A DNA stretch of 64,000 bases from Planctomycetota bacterium (lineage in GTDB: Bacteria > Planctomycetota > B15-G4 > JADJEK01): positions 96,462-160,461 of the forward strand of contig JBGAIQ010000009.1 in assembly GCA_044225365.1 (NCBI GenBank). Direction: 5' to 3'. Below are positions 20,524 to 30,569 of this stretch, piece by piece. A program made the position numbers and the translations under genes. Each line of letters starts with the position of its first letter. Position 1 is the stretch's first letter. The notes under the pieces are model-generated. The model was not told where the DNA came from. It ran no database searches and worked only from the letters and a program-made list of their open reading frames with translations.

Positions 20524-22506
20524 ATGACTGCCCGTTCCAAGCTGTTTCTCGGCCGCGTGGCGCTCGCGGTGTTCGGCCTCGGCACGCTGGGCCCGAGCCC
20601 ACGGGCAGCCGCTCGACAGCACGAAACAGAAACGCCCGTTCCCCCGCCAGCCCAGAAGCCGACGACCCCGGGCCAGGAAAATCCTCGCCGCGCATCCCGA
20701 GACGCGACGATCGAAAGCTTGATCTTCGGACCGAGCGGACTCGTGTCCGATGGCCCCCCCGGTGCCGCGGCCGTCGCGCTCGAAGAGGCTCTCACGGCGA
20801 GCGCACACCGCCTGCGGGCGATCACCGAAGCCTGCCCCCGCCCGCTCGGGGCGATCGGTCTCGACTTCGCGAGGGCTGCAGCGACCCGTCTCGACCCCAC
20901 TGCGCGACGCATCGCGACGGAACTTGCGGCGCGGGTGACTCCCTCCGACGCCGAGGACTGGCTGCTCGCGGGAGTCTCTCCCTGGCCTCCCGACGCGGGC
21001 GCCGCGACTCCCGTTCCGAGTCTGCCGCTCCCCGTGACGGACGTCCTCGACGCACTCGGTCGCGTCGGCAGCGAACACTCGAGCCACGCGATCGCCCGCT
21101 TCCTCGCCGCGAAGGACCCGCAGGTCGCGTACGCGGCGAAGAGCGCCGCCCTGCGCATCACGCCGCGCCTGCTCGCCCTCGGAAAGTCCGAGGAGGCCGC
21201 GCTCGCGCTGCGCGCCTTCGTCACCGGCGATCCGCGCGATCTCGTCCTGCGCGAGAATCTCGCCGTCGTGCTCGGCGTCTACCTCGAGCAGCCCGACGAG
21301 GGCCGCGCCGTCCTCGCGGCGTACCCCGAGACGGACGCGAGCCGCGGCCCGCTTTCGCACGACTTCGCCGAACTCGAAGTCGCACGCGCGATGATCGATT
21401 TCTTCGAAGGAGCGTCGGAGGGTGAACGCCACGCACTCGAACGACTGACGAGCGCCCGCGCGCGCGTGCTCGCCGCTCCGCCAGCGGTGGAAGCCGCGGC
21501 CGAGACTTTCGTGCGCGTCGAACTGTGTCGCGCGATCGTCCTGCTCGCGCAAGCGCAGCCCGATGTCGAAGCCGCCGCAAGAGCGATCGCGCTCGCCGTG
21601 GAGCACGCACCGCACGAGAACTCGCGCTACCGCTGCGACGACGCGCTCCATGGGCCGGCAGGACCGCGTGCCTGGCTCGAACGATTGCGGCGAATCGGTC
21701 GCCCCGAGATCCGTCGCGCGTTCTATCACGCGATGGCGAAGGCCGCGCACGCCGCGGATCCCGCCGCTTCTCCCGACGCCGAGATCCCGGCGCGCAGTTG
21801 GTCCGCGCTCTTCGCCGCGTCCGCCGCTCTCGACGACGGCGATCTCGACAGCGCGATCGAGAACGCGAGCGAACTCATCACGCGGATGCAGGGCTCGTCG
21901 GCGTGGTACGACCGCACGATGCTCGGAGAGGCCGAGTACGTGAAGGGAATGGCAACGCTCTTCCGGGGCGATGCGAAGGCAGCGTCCACGCTGCTCGAAT
22001 CCGCCTTCGCGCGGATCGAGGAGCTCGCGCGCGAGGAGGTCGACTCGTGGGCGCAGGACCGCATCGAACGCAACGCGCTCGTCGAAGCGGGCGCGGCGCC
22101 GATGCGCACGTCGCTCGCCTCGACCGAGGCGAGGATGGCACGCAGCGTCGTCGAAGCGGCGCTCGCGGCGAAGGATCGCAAGACGGCCCTGCGCTACGCC
22201 GCCGCCGCGGTCGCGGCCGATCCTTTCGATGACGCGTCGGTCGCACTCGAACTCGCCCTCGCCACGCCTGCCGAATCGAACCCGCGCGGCACGCGGGAGC
22301 GCGGCATGCGCGCCCTTTCGACCTTGCCCCGGTCGTCGGGGACGCTGCTCGATCTCGCTCGGCTCGCTGTCGCGCTGGGGGATGCGAGAGACGCTCAGAC
22401 GCTCTTCGAGCGACACGTCGAATGGAATGCCCTCACGCCTGCGCGCAAGGCGATCGAAGAGGGCCGCCGCGCCCGCGACCCTCTGCTCGCCACGATCGGG
22501 CGCTGA
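20524..22506 (+). CDS. hypothetical exported Ala-rich helical protein (~660 aa)
   Basis: Signal peptide [30 protein letters not shown] at ATG 20524. Long low-Arg Ala/Leu/Glu-rich helical sequence, preferred over the Arg-rich antisense ORF 20140..22698. No identifiable catalytic motif. Confidence 0.6.
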   Translation: MTARSKLFLGRVALAVFGLGTLGPSPRAAARQHETETPVPPPAQKPTTPGQENPRRASRDATIESLIFGPSGLVSDGPPGAAAVALEEALTASAHRLRAITEACPRPLGAIGLDFARAAATRLDPTARRIATELAARVTPSDAEDWLLAGVSPWPPDAGAATPVPSLPLPVTDVLDALGRVGSEHSSHAIARFLAAKDPQVAYAAKSAALRITPRLLALGKSEEAALALRAFVTGDPRDLVLRENLAVVLGVYLEQPDEGRAVLAAYPETDASRGPLSHDFAELEVARAMIDFFEGASEGERHALERLTSARARVLAAPPAVEAAAETFVRVELCRAIVLLAQAQPDVEAAARAIALAVEHAPHENSRYRCDDALHGPAGPRAWLERLRRIGRPEIRRAFYHAMAKAAHAADPAASPDAEIPARSWSALFAASAALDDGDLDSAIENASELITRMQGSSAWYDRTMLGEAEYVKGMATLFRGDAKAASTLLESAFARIEELAREEVDSWAQDRIERNALVEAGAAPMRTSLASTEARMARSVVEAALAAKDRKTALRYAAAAVAADPFDDASVALELALATPAESNPRGTRERGMRALSTLPRSSGTLLDLARLAVALGDARDAQTLFERHVEWNALTPARKAIEEGRRARDPLLATIGR

Positions 22507-22582
22507 GCTGCGGAAAACGCGACGAGTGGCGCGGGCGAACCGTCGCGGGATAGAATGCGCGGTCGTTCCCAGGAGCCGAGAC

Positions 22583-22789
22583 GTGAAGATTCGAATCGTC
22601 CTCAACGGACGCGTAAGAGAGATCGACGACACGACGACGATCGCGCAGCTCCTGCTCACCCTCGAGCAGAAGCCCGCGCTGCTCGCGGTCGAGCGCAATC
22701 AGCGCATCGTGCCGAAGGCGCTCCATGCGACGACCTGCCTCGCCGATGGCGACCAGATCGAGATCGTCACGTTCGTGGGCGGAGGCTGA
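22583..22789 (+). CDS. thiS: sulfur-carrier protein ThiS
   Basis: 68-aa protein [24 protein letters not shown]...[10 protein letters not shown] ending in the diagnostic Gly-Gly. GTG start. 1 bp before thiG. Confidence 0.85.
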   Translation: MKIRIVLNGRVREIDDTTTIAQLLLTLEQKPALLAVERNQRIVPKALHATTCLADGDQIEIVTFVGGG

Positions 22790-22790
22790 G

Positions 22791-23606
22791 ATGACGACGC
22801 AGGACGCAGCGACCGAATTCGCGATCGAACCGCTCGTGGTCGGTCCGTACACGATGAAGTCTCGACTCATCGTCGGCACCGGGAAGTACCGAGATTTCGA
22901 ACAGATGGAGCAGGCGATCGAGGCGTCGGGCGCCGATTGCGTGACCGTGGCGCTGCGCCGCGTCGACCTCTCCCAGAAGGAGACGATCCTCGATCATCTC
23001 GATCGGAAGAAGATCGTCCTCTTGCCGAACACCGCGGGCTGCTACACGGTCGAGGACGCGCTGCGCATCTCCCGCCTCGCGCGCGAGATGCTCGACACCA
23101 CGCTCGTGAAACTCGAAGTGATCGCAGACCCGGTGACGCTCCTGCCCGATCCCATCGCGACGCTCGAAGCCACCGCGGTGCTCGTGAAGGAAGGCTTCAC
23201 GGTGATGGCGTACACCAGCGACGATCCCGTGCTCGCGCGGCGGCTCGAGGCCGCGGGCGCGGCCGCCGTGATGCCGCTCGGATCCGCGATCGGTTCGGGG
23301 ATGGGCATTCTCAATCGCCACAACATTCGCCTGATCCGCGACACTTTGAAGTGCCCGGTGATCGTCGATGCCGGAGTGGGCACGGCGTCGGACGTGACGG
23401 TCGCGTTCGAACTCGGCGTCGCCGGTGTGCTGTTGAACACCGCGATCGCGCACGCGCAGGATCCCGTCCGCATGGCGCGGGCGATGCGGCTCGCGACCGA
23501 AGCCGGCATCCAGGCCTTCCGCGCAGGACGCATGCCGGCGAAGGCGTACGCGAGTCCGTCGTCGCCGACCGAGGGTCTCATCACGGGCGGGAGCAAGACG
23601 GCGTGA
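22791..23606 (+). CDS. thiG: thiazole synthase
   Basis: ThiG hallmarks [50 protein letters not shown]. Confidence 0.95.
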   Translation: MTTQDAATEFAIEPLVVGPYTMKSRLIVGTGKYRDFEQMEQAIEASGADCVTVALRRVDLSQKETILDHLDRKKIVLLPNTAGCYTVEDALRISRLAREMLDTTLVKLEVIADPVTLLPDPIATLEATAVLVKEGFTVMAYTSDDPVLARRLEAAGAAAVMPLGSAIGSGMGILNRHNIRLIRDTLKCPVIVDAGVGTASDVTVAFELGVAGVLLNTAIAHAQDPVRMARAMRLATEAGIQAFRAGRMPAKAYASPSSPTEGLITGGSKTA

Positions 23607-24457
23607 CGGGCGTGGAAGACGAACTCGATTCCGGGGCCGCGGCGGATCTCGACGCGAAGGAAGCGCGACTGCGTAGAGCGGTGCGGGAGCTCGAAGGCGG
23701 CGTCGTCGTCGCGTTCTCTGGCGGCGTCGATTCGGCGCTCCTGCTCCTCGTCTGCGCGGACGAGCTGAAGGGCCGGGTGCTCGCGGTCACCGCCGAGTCG
23801 CCGTCGTTCCCGCAGCAGGATCGCCGCGACGCCGCACTCGTCGCGAAGCAGCTCGAGGTCGCTCACGTCAGCGTCTCGACGCACGAGATGAACGATCCGC
23901 AGTACGTCCAGAACGACGCCTCGCGCTGCTACTTCTGCAAGCACTCGTTGTTCGAGACCCTAGAGCCGATCGCGCGCTCCTCCGGCCTTCGCCATCTCGC
24001 GTTCGGCGCCAACCTCGACGACGAAGGCGATTATCGACCGGGCCATCGCGCCGCGGCGGAGTTCGCCGTCAAGGCGCCGCTGCTCGATGCGGGATTGCGA
24101 AAGGCCGACGTCCGCGCGCTCGCGAAGAAGCTCGGACTCTCGATCTGGAACAAGCCCGGCTCGGCGTGCCTCGCCTCGCGGATCCCCTACGGAACGGCGA
24201 TCGATCCCGCCGTCCTGGCGCGCGTCGACGCCGCGGAGAATGCGCTGCGGGAGCTCGGATTCCCGCAACTGCGCGTGCGGCATCATGGCGACGTCGCGCG
24301 TCTCGAGCTCGATCCAAGCGACATCGCGCGTGCGGCGGAATCGCGCGAGGCGATCCACGCGGTGTTGCGCGCACAGGGCTGGCGCTATGCGACGCTCGAT
24401 CTGCTCGGCTATCGCACGGGCAGTCTCAACGAAGCGCTGCCGCGACGCGAGACCTGA
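23603..24457 (+). CDS. PP-loop ATP pyrophosphatase (TIGR00268/LarE-like adenine-nucleotide alpha-hydrolase)
   Basis: SGGVDS PP-loop ([14 protein letters not shown]). Conserved CYFCK cysteine pair and C-terminal [12 protein letters not shown] motif. GTG start overlapping the thiG stop (GTGA). Confidence 0.8.
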   Translation: MTGVEDELDSGAAADLDAKEARLRRAVRELEGGVVVAFSGGVDSALLLLVCADELKGRVLAVTAESPSFPQQDRRDAALVAKQLEVAHVSVSTHEMNDPQYVQNDASRCYFCKHSLFETLEPIARSSGLRHLAFGANLDDEGDYRPGHRAAAEFAVKAPLLDAGLRKADVRALAKKLGLSIWNKPGSACLASRIPYGTAIDPAVLARVDAAENALRELGFPQLRVRHHGDVARLELDPSDIARAAESREAIHAVLRAQGWRYATLDLLGYRTGSLNEALPRRET

Positions 24458-24481
24458 ACGATCGGCGACCCGCGTCGCCCA

Positions 24482-25765
24482 TCAGCCGCGGGTGCGGCGC
24501 AGGACGTCCGCGAGCGAGCGTGCCGAACGATAGCCGACGAGCTTCTCGACGATGCTTCCGTCCTTGTCGATGAAGACCATCGTCGGCACGATGGCCGCGT
24601 TGTGCCGCGCGGCGAGCGCGCGTTCGAGCGCCGGATTCAGTCGCACGCAGACGAAACGAGACCGCAAGAGCTCCGACACTTCGGCGTCCTGCAGAGTTCG
24701 CTGATCGAGATCACGCGCGATCTTCGACCAATCGGCGGTATAGAGCACGCAGAGCGTCTTCTTGTCCCTCTTCGCGAGCTCCTCGCCCTTGCCGATGTCG
24801 GTGAGCCATTCCACCGGCTTGTCGGTGCGGGGGCGCGGTGGCTCGAGCTGGAGCGGGTCGGAGTCGAGCAAGGCCTGCTGCGCGGAATCGACGCTCTCCT
24901 CGCCGACGTCGACCCGCCGCGCCTCCGGCATGAGACTCGTGATTCGATACGGAATGCCGCCGAACTGGATCGGAACGGTGCATGGAACGAGTTCGAGGCC
25001 CTGCGGGAGTGGCGCGCCTGGCGCGAGTTCGATCAGTGCCCAGCGTGCCGAGCCGACGGCGTACATCGCCGTACCGCTGTCGTCATAGAGCACGACCCGC
25101 GCGTCCTTGCCGAGCAGCTTCGCGGTTCCTTCGCGCCAGTTCGCATCGATCACGAAGAGCTTCGTCATCTCCGACGGATCGTTGGAGCGCGGGAGCCAGG
25201 AATAGAACGTGAATCGGCACGCGTCCTCGATCCGGTCCGAACCGCCGGACGTCTCAACCCTCGCGCCGAAGTAGACGGTGACGGGGACCGCGGTGAATTC
25301 GACGTAGTCGGTCTCGCGCTGCGGATCCTTCACGACGACACCCTTCACGGGCTCTTGTTCATCGCTCCCGGAGAAGGATTGATCGCGATCGCGATCGATC
25401 CACAGCAGGTCGTAGCGATGCGTCGAGGGATTCGATTGGTCGAGGATGATCGTCTGGCGCCCACCGCGGCCGAAGCGCACGATTCCGTAGAGCGGCGTGT
25501 CGCACCGGAGCTGCGGGAGTTGCTTGATCTCGAGCATCGGTTTCTGAGCGAGCGCGATGGCGGTCGGCGAGCGCGAGACGAACGGACGCTCAGCCGGGTT
25601 CCCGGCCACGAGTTCGAGGGGGAACGACGTCTTCTTGACGAGGTTTCCGGCCGTGATGCCAACCTGGTTCGGATCGTCCTGCTGCGGGTCGGGTTGTTGG
25701 GCGAACGCGCGGCTGAAGCACAGCGCGCCGAAGGCCACGGCGAAGGCGAACGGGAAACGAAGCAT
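24482..25765 (-). CDS. exported protein with C-terminal thioredoxin-fold domain (no CxxC)
   Basis: Signal peptide MLRFPFAFAVAFGALCFSRAFAQQ. The C-terminal ~100 aa (KTLCVLYTADWSKIARD...IVPTMVFIDKDGSIVEKLVGY) resembles a thioredoxin-like fold lacking the second active-site Cys. The track ORF (to 26029) has a junk N-terminal extension. Confidence 0.7.
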   Translation of the reverse strand: MLRFPFAFAVAFGALCFSRAFAQQPDPQQDDPNQVGITAGNLVKKTSFPLELVAGNPAERPFVSRSPTAIALAQKPMLEIKQLPQLRCDTPLYGIVRFGRGGRQTIILDQSNPSTHRYDLLWIDRDRDQSFSGSDEQEPVKGVVVKDPQRETDYVEFTAVPVTVYFGARVETSGGSDRIEDACRFTFYSWLPRSNDPSEMTKLFVIDANWREGTAKLLGKDARVVLYDDSGTAMYAVGSARWALIELAPGAPLPQGLELVPCTVPIQFGGIPYRITSLMPEARRVDVGEESVDSAQQALLDSDPLQLEPPRPRTDKPVEWLTDIGKGEELAKRDKKTLCVLYTADWSKIARDLDQRTLQDAEVSELLRSRFVCVRLNPALERALAARHNAAIVPTMVFIDKDGSIVEKLVGYRSARSLADVLRRTRG

Positions 25766-25829
25766 TCTCGAACTCTCTCTTCGAAGGAAGATCAGATTCT
25801 TCGGCGATCGACGGGCTCGCGCAAGAGCC

Positions 25830-27032
25830 CTACTTCTGGAAGATCGGCAAGTACTGCTGCGGCATGAGGAGGATGAGGCACGCGGACGCCGTGGAATAGA
25901 CTCGACCGTAGTCGCTCTCACCGATCGAGCCCTTCGGATCCTGGCTCTCCGCGAACTCGTCGACGATCGCCGTCTGCCACGCGCGGAACAGACTGGGATC
26001 ACGGTACAGGTAGTAGGCCTCTGCCGCATAGAGCCGCGCGTAGAAGGGATGAGTATCGCCGAGAGTGCGCAGGCTGGGATTCAGAACCGGATCCTTGATC
26101 TGCATGTACTCGATGCCGCGGTCGATCACGTCGCTGGCATAGTCGCCCGTGGCGTTGAGGGTCGCGATGGCGGCAGCCGTGAGTCCGTAACTCACCTGCT
26201 CCTTCATCATCTTGCTGTAGCAGAAGGCCCCGCTCGGCCGCTGGAGCTCCCTCACGTACTTCACGGCGTCGTCGATGCATTGCTTGTTGACGTAGATTCC
26301 GACGTCGCGTGCCGCTCGCAGGGCCTGGATCATCGTGATGGTGACCGACCCCTCGTGCTCGGCGTCTCCGGGCTCGTAATACCAGCCGCCATCCTTCGTC
26401 TGCGACCATTCGATGAGCTGGACGGCGTCGACGAGGATCCGGCGCAGCTCGGCCATCTCGCCGCGCACGCGCTTCACCGAGCCGTCCCCGTAGGCATCGT
26501 CGATGCGGTAGGTGCCATAGGCCTCGGCGAGGGCGAGGGTCGCGTACCCGTGGCCGTGCATCTTCGACGTCCCGTCACCGGGGAACGAGAAGTAGATGTG
26601 GTTGACGTCGATGTCCTCGGCCTTGTCCTCACCCAGAATCCGATGCGCGGTGAACGTCGTGGCGTTGCCGCACTTCATGAGGAACTGGATCGCCTTCTGC
26701 ACGTTCTCGCGATACGGCCCGCGGCCGAGCGTCGAGCCACCCGCCATGAACGCGAGCGCACTGAGGGCGGTCACGGCGACGGGAGCCGACGTCACTCCGG
26801 TATCGGACTTCGCCTTGTTGAACTGACCATCCTCGGCCTGTTGCTTCGCGAGCCACTCGAGCCCGCGCTGGCCGATCTCGAACGCGCGATCCTCGACCTC
26901 GCGCGTGGCGTGCTGGGAATTCCCGTCCGATCCGAAACCGGCGCCGCTCGGGCGGCACATCGCCTTCGCCGCGACGAGGATTGCCGCGACAGCGAGGACA
27001 GTGCTTACCGGGATGGCGCGGGCCGGGATCAT
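25830..27032 (-). CDS. exported prenyltransferase/squalene-oxidase-repeat (terpene-cyclase alpha/alpha-toroid fold) protein, paralog B
   Basis: Signal peptide MIPARAIPVSTVLAVAAILVAA. Repeated Q/W-rich toroid motifs (EWLAKQQAEDGQF, TKDGGWYYEPGD, RPSGAF). C-terminus YLPIFQK shared with paralog at 32941..34149. Start overlaps the upstream stop by 1 nt. Confidence 0.75.
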   Translation of the reverse strand: MIPARAIPVSTVLAVAAILVAAKAMCRPSGAGFGSDGNSQHATREVEDRAFEIGQRGLEWLAKQQAEDGQFNKAKSDTGVTSAPVAVTALSALAFMAGGSTLGRGPYRENVQKAIQFLMKCGNATTFTAHRILGEDKAEDIDVNHIYFSFPGDGTSKMHGHGYATLALAEAYGTYRIDDAYGDGSVKRVRGEMAELRRILVDAVQLIEWSQTKDGGWYYEPGDAEHEGSVTITMIQALRAARDVGIYVNKQCIDDAVKYVRELQRPSGAFCYSKMMKEQVSYGLTAAAIATLNATGDYASDVIDRGIEYMQIKDPVLNPSLRTLGDTHPFYARLYAAEAYYLYRDPSLFRAWQTAIVDEFAESQDPKGSIGESDYGRVYSTASACLILLMPQQYLPIFQK

Positions 27033-27742
27033 CAGGGCTGCTTGCTCTTGTTCCGCGTCCGGTAGTACTGCAACAGGAGCTCTCGATAGCGGTCCGGGAA
27101 CTCGTTCTGCGAGAGCTTCTGGAACATCTCCTGGACCTTCGGCGGCAGGACGCCCCAGCGGCCGGCGACGTTCTCGCGCTGGTACTTCTCCTTCTCCGAC
27201 GGCGGATCGACGCCATCCGCCTTCTGCTGATCCGGCTTGCTCTTGTCCGGCCCACCATCCTTCGGCTGGCCCGATTTCTCCTCGGGCTTCTGCTTGCCCT
27301 CGCCCTTGTCCTTCTCGCCTTGCTGCTTCAGCTTGTCGACCTCGGGATCCTTGCCCCGCTCGTCCTGCTGTTTCTGCTGGGGAGAGTTCTTGGGATCGGG
27401 CTCGCCCGACCCCTTGCCGCCGCTGTTGGACTGCCGCTTCGCCATGCGGACGAGTTCCTCGATGTCCGTCACGGCCTGCGACTGCTTGGATTGGATGTCC
27501 TTCAGCAGCTTGTCGAGATCGGCTTTCACCTGCTCGATCCTCGCGGCGGCATCCTTGGGCGCATCCTTCGCAGCCTGCAACAGCAGCTCGTCGATCTCGC
27601 CCATCTCCTTACGGATCTTGGCTTGGAGCTCCTTCGCCTTGATCTCGTCGGCTTGTCCCCCGTCCTGCGCGACCGCGCGCTGCGCGCTCACGCCCGTGAG
27701 GATCGCCGCGACGCAGAGGAATCGCTGGATGCGCGTGTTCAT
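27032..27742 (-). CDS. exported K/Q/E-rich low-complexity coiled-coil protein (236 aa)
   Basis: Signal peptide MNTRIQRFLCVAAILTGVSAQRAVAQ, then a highly charged, likely disordered region (KQQGEKDKGEGKQKPEEKSGQPKDGG...). Start overlaps the stop of the upstream gene (ATGA-type). Confidence 0.6.
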   Translation of the reverse strand: MNTRIQRFLCVAAILTGVSAQRAVAQDGGQADEIKAKELQAKIRKEMGEIDELLLQAAKDAPKDAAARIEQVKADLDKLLKDIQSKQSQAVTDIEELVRMAKRQSNSGGKGSGEPDPKNSPQQKQQDERGKDPEVDKLKQQGEKDKGEGKQKPEEKSGQPKDGGPDKSKPDQQKADGVDPPSEKEKYQRENVAGRWGVLPPKVQEMFQKLSQNEFPDRYRELLLQYYRTRNKSKQP

Positions 27743-30525
27743 TTGCCACCCGGGCCCTTCTCGTCCTTCACTTCGACCGGCGGCCCCTGCGAGTCGTCGA
27801 TCATGCCGCGGAAGAGTTTCGTGATCTCGGAGTGCTGTAGTCCGAGGCGGGTCAGGCGGTCACGCGAAATCGCGTCGAGACCACCCTCCGCATTGGCGCC
27901 CTGGAGCCGCATGAAGACGTCGAGACGCTTCATCATGCTCTCCTCCATTCGCTTCAACATGAGCAACTCGGCGACGGGCGGGATCAAGGGCTGCTTCTGT
28001 TGCTGCTGCGGCGAATTCCCGTTCTGGCCGTCCGGCGGCTGGCCCTCCTCGCCCTCCTTCGGCTTGAGCTTCGCCTGCTTGCGGCGCTCGACTTCTTCAT
28101 CGAGGGTCGCGAGAAGCGTGTCGTAGCGATCGAGGATGTCGCGCGCGATCGACTGCGTGAAGTCGTCGGTGCGGTAGGGAGCGGTCCCGAGCAGTTCGGT
28201 CACTCGATCGAAATCGCCGTCGTTCTGCTCGAGCGCGAACGTGAAGACCGTCGCTCCATCCTCGCGCAGCTTCGACACGACCTCCTGATTCTGCACCTTC
28301 AGTTCTCGCGACTTCTGCGCGAGCTTCTTCGACGTATTCTGTCCGACTCGCGACAGCTTGCCCTTGCTCTGGCGCTCGAGTTCGAGCTCCTCGGTCTTGG
28401 CTACGACCTCACCCTGGCCCGTACGAAGGAGGGTCAACTGCTCCTTCACCTTGAAGAGCAACTCCTCCTGGCGAAGGTTCTGGTACTTGTCCTTCTCCTG
28501 CTTCAGTTCCTGCTCGGCCTTCTTCAAGAACTTCTCGGCTTCTTCCTGGCGCGGGGTTGCTTCCTCGCCCTGCTCCTTCTTGAGGCTCGATGCCGCCTGA
28601 TCCATCTTCGATGCGGCGGCGGAGAGCGACTGCTCGCGTTCGGGCTTCTTCTCGTCGCGGATACGATCCATCAGCTCTTTCAGCTTCTTCTCGAGCTCCC
28701 GCTGACGGCTCTCGAGGTCGTCGTACTTCTGCTGCTGATCCGCGGCCGAAGGGGAGTCCTTCGCGGACTGCTCGGCTTCCGACTGCTGCTGGTCGAGCTC
28801 CTGCGAGGCCTTCTCGAGTTGTTCACCCGCCTCGCTCTGGCTCTTCGCTGCTTTCTCCTGCTGGCCGCTGCGCATCGATTGCGCCGCCTGCTGCATCGAC
28901 TGCGCCGCCGACTCCACGGCCTTCGAGGCTCCCGACGGCGAATCCTTCTTCATGGCCGCGTCGAGGCGGGAGAGCGTCTTCGCGAGAGCCTCGGCCTGCT
29001 GGCTCGCGTACTCCTGCTTCGCGGCGAGGGAGTCGCTCCGTTCCTGCGCAGCCTTCTCGGCACCGTCGATCGCGTTGCGCGCCTCCTTCATCTTCTCGAG
29101 CGCATCGCGTTGCGCCGCGGCCGCGCCTTCGAGGTCGGGCTTCTCCATCTCGGAACCGGCTTCGTTCGCCGCTTGCGCGCTCTGCTCGAGCGCCGCCGCC
29201 GCGTCGCTCGCTCGCTTCTGCGCCGCTTGGTTTCGTTCGGCGGCCTGCGGATCGCCCGCACTCTTCGAATCGCGTGAGTCCTGCGTCGGCAACTTCTCCA
29301 CCCGGGAAGCAGCTTCTGCGAGCTTCTTCGCTTCGTCACCGAGTTCGCGTTGCTGGTCGGCCGCCTTCGCGTCGGTCGCCGACTTCGAGAGCGCCTTGTC
29401 GAGCTGCGCCTTCGCGGCATCGACGTTCTCGTTCTCGGCGTTCGCGAGCTGCGCCGCCGTGGACGCGTCGCCGTTCTTCTCGGCGTCGCGCGCCGCCTTC
29501 ATCCGCTCCGAAGCACTCGCGAGTGCTTTGGCGAGGGCTTCGCGGGCGGTTGCGATCTCGGCGGCGTTCGCCGGATCCTTCGCGCCGTTCTCGCCGTTCT
29601 TTGCGTCGGCCGCGGTCGCCTCCTGTGACAACGCGTCCTTCGCCGCCGCGAGTTGTTCGGCAACCTTCTTCATCGCGTCGGCGTCGCCCGCGGCCTTCGA
29701 GTCGTCAGATGCGTCGGCCTTGGACTTCGGGGAGCCGTCGGCGGAGGCTGCCTCGGCCTTCTTGGCAAGGTCCTTCGCGAGAGCCTTCTGGGCTTCGATC
29801 GCGGCCTGTGCAGCGAGGAATCCGGGAGCCGCCCGCTCGAGCGAGTTCTCGGTCGCTGCGAGCGCGGCATTCTGCTTCGCGATCAGGTTCTCCAACTGGT
29901 GCTTCAGAGCGGCGAGTGCCGAGTCCTTCGACTGCGACTCGCTCGTGTTCTCCTTCGCCAGCTTCTGTTCGTTCTCCTTCAGGTCCTTCAACTGACTCTT
30001 CGCCTGCTCGGCGAGAGCCTTCGGATTCGTCGCCAGAACGGTCGTCTCGTTCGTCAGCTTCTGCTGCTCGCTCCGCACCTGCGCAATGTCGCGGACCGCT
30101 TGTTCGAGCTTCTTGGCTTCGGCGTCGAGCGAATCGAAGTCCGTTCGATCGAGGAGGATCGCGTACACGGACTCGAGATCCTTGAGCAGGTCCTCCTGCT
30201 CCTTCACCGAGGCGAACTCCTGGCGGTCGAGACTCGACCCGATCTTCTCGATCGTTCGGGTCAGCTCGCGCTTCTTGATCTCGGCGATCGCATTGTCGAG
30301 CAGGTCGGCGCTGTGCTGCTTTCCCTCCGCCCGCAGCCGCTTCGACAGCGACTCCATGTTCTTCTTCGTCGACTCGATGCGGCTCTTGAGGTTCTGCTGC
30401 TCCTGCGAGATGCGTTTGACGTCGGTCGCGGCGTCGGTCTCATCGCTCGCCCACGAGCGTGCGAACGGCAGTGCACAGAGCGACAGCGAGAGGAGACACG
30501 GAGCGAAGTGGAATCGGCTTCTCAT
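27739..30525 (-). CDS. exported giant coiled-coil protein (~928 aa)
   Basis: Start MRSRFHFAPCLLSLSLCALPFARSWA (signal peptide) at 30525. The remainder is almost entirely A/K/E/Q/S-rich heptad-like helix (SMC/apolipoprotein-like composition). The track ORF start at 30669 adds 48 junk residues. Confidence 0.7.
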   Translation of the reverse strand: MRSRFHFAPCLLSLSLCALPFARSWASDETDAATDVKRISQEQQNLKSRIESTKKNMESLSKRLRAEGKQHSADLLDNAIAEIKKRELTRTIEKIGSSLDRQEFASVKEQEDLLKDLESVYAILLDRTDFDSLDAEAKKLEQAVRDIAQVRSEQQKLTNETTVLATNPKALAEQAKSQLKDLKENEQKLAKENTSESQSKDSALAALKHQLENLIAKQNAALAATENSLERAAPGFLAAQAAIEAQKALAKDLAKKAEAASADGSPKSKADASDDSKAAGDADAMKKVAEQLAAAKDALSQEATAADAKNGENGAKDPANAAEIATAREALAKALASASERMKAARDAEKNGDASTAAQLANAENENVDAAKAQLDKALSKSATDAKAADQQRELGDEAKKLAEAASRVEKLPTQDSRDSKSAGDPQAAERNQAAQKRASDAAAALEQSAQAANEAGSEMEKPDLEGAAAAQRDALEKMKEARNAIDGAEKAAQERSDSLAAKQEYASQQAEALAKTLSRLDAAMKKDSPSGASKAVESAAQSMQQAAQSMRSGQQEKAAKSQSEAGEQLEKASQELDQQQSEAEQSAKDSPSAADQQQKYDDLESRQRELEKKLKELMDRIRDEKKPEREQSLSAAASKMDQAASSLKKEQGEEATPRQEEAEKFLKKAEQELKQEKDKYQNLRQEELLFKVKEQLTLLRTGQGEVVAKTEELELERQSKGKLSRVGQNTSKKLAQKSRELKVQNQEVVSKLREDGATVFTFALEQNDGDFDRVTELLGTAPYRTDDFTQSIARDILDRYDTLLATLDEEVERRKQAKLKPKEGEEGQPPDGQNGNSPQQQQKQPLIPPVAELLMLKRMEESMMKRLDVFMRLQGANAEGGLDAISRDRLTRLGLQHSEITKLFRGMIDDSQGPPVEVKDEKGPGGK

Positions 30526-30569
30526 GGTGTGCCTTACGACCGATTGCGCGCGGCGGGGTTCCATCGTTG

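Noticed and set aside
22507-22582. possible TPP riboswitch upstream of thiS
   Set aside because: Only 76 bp of leader, and no CUGAGA / pyrimidine-sensing helix consensus present.
20140-22698. 852-aa minus-strand ORF
   Set aside because: Arg-rich with no domains. The plus-strand frame (20524..22506) has a signal peptide and balanced composition, and thiS/thiG follow on the plus strand.
28000-30185. plus-strand ORFs (425 and 531 aa) opposite the coiled-coil gene
   Set aside because: Leu/Arg- or Ser/Pro/Arg-rich mirror-image translations of the A/K/E/Q-rich coiled-coil coding strand.
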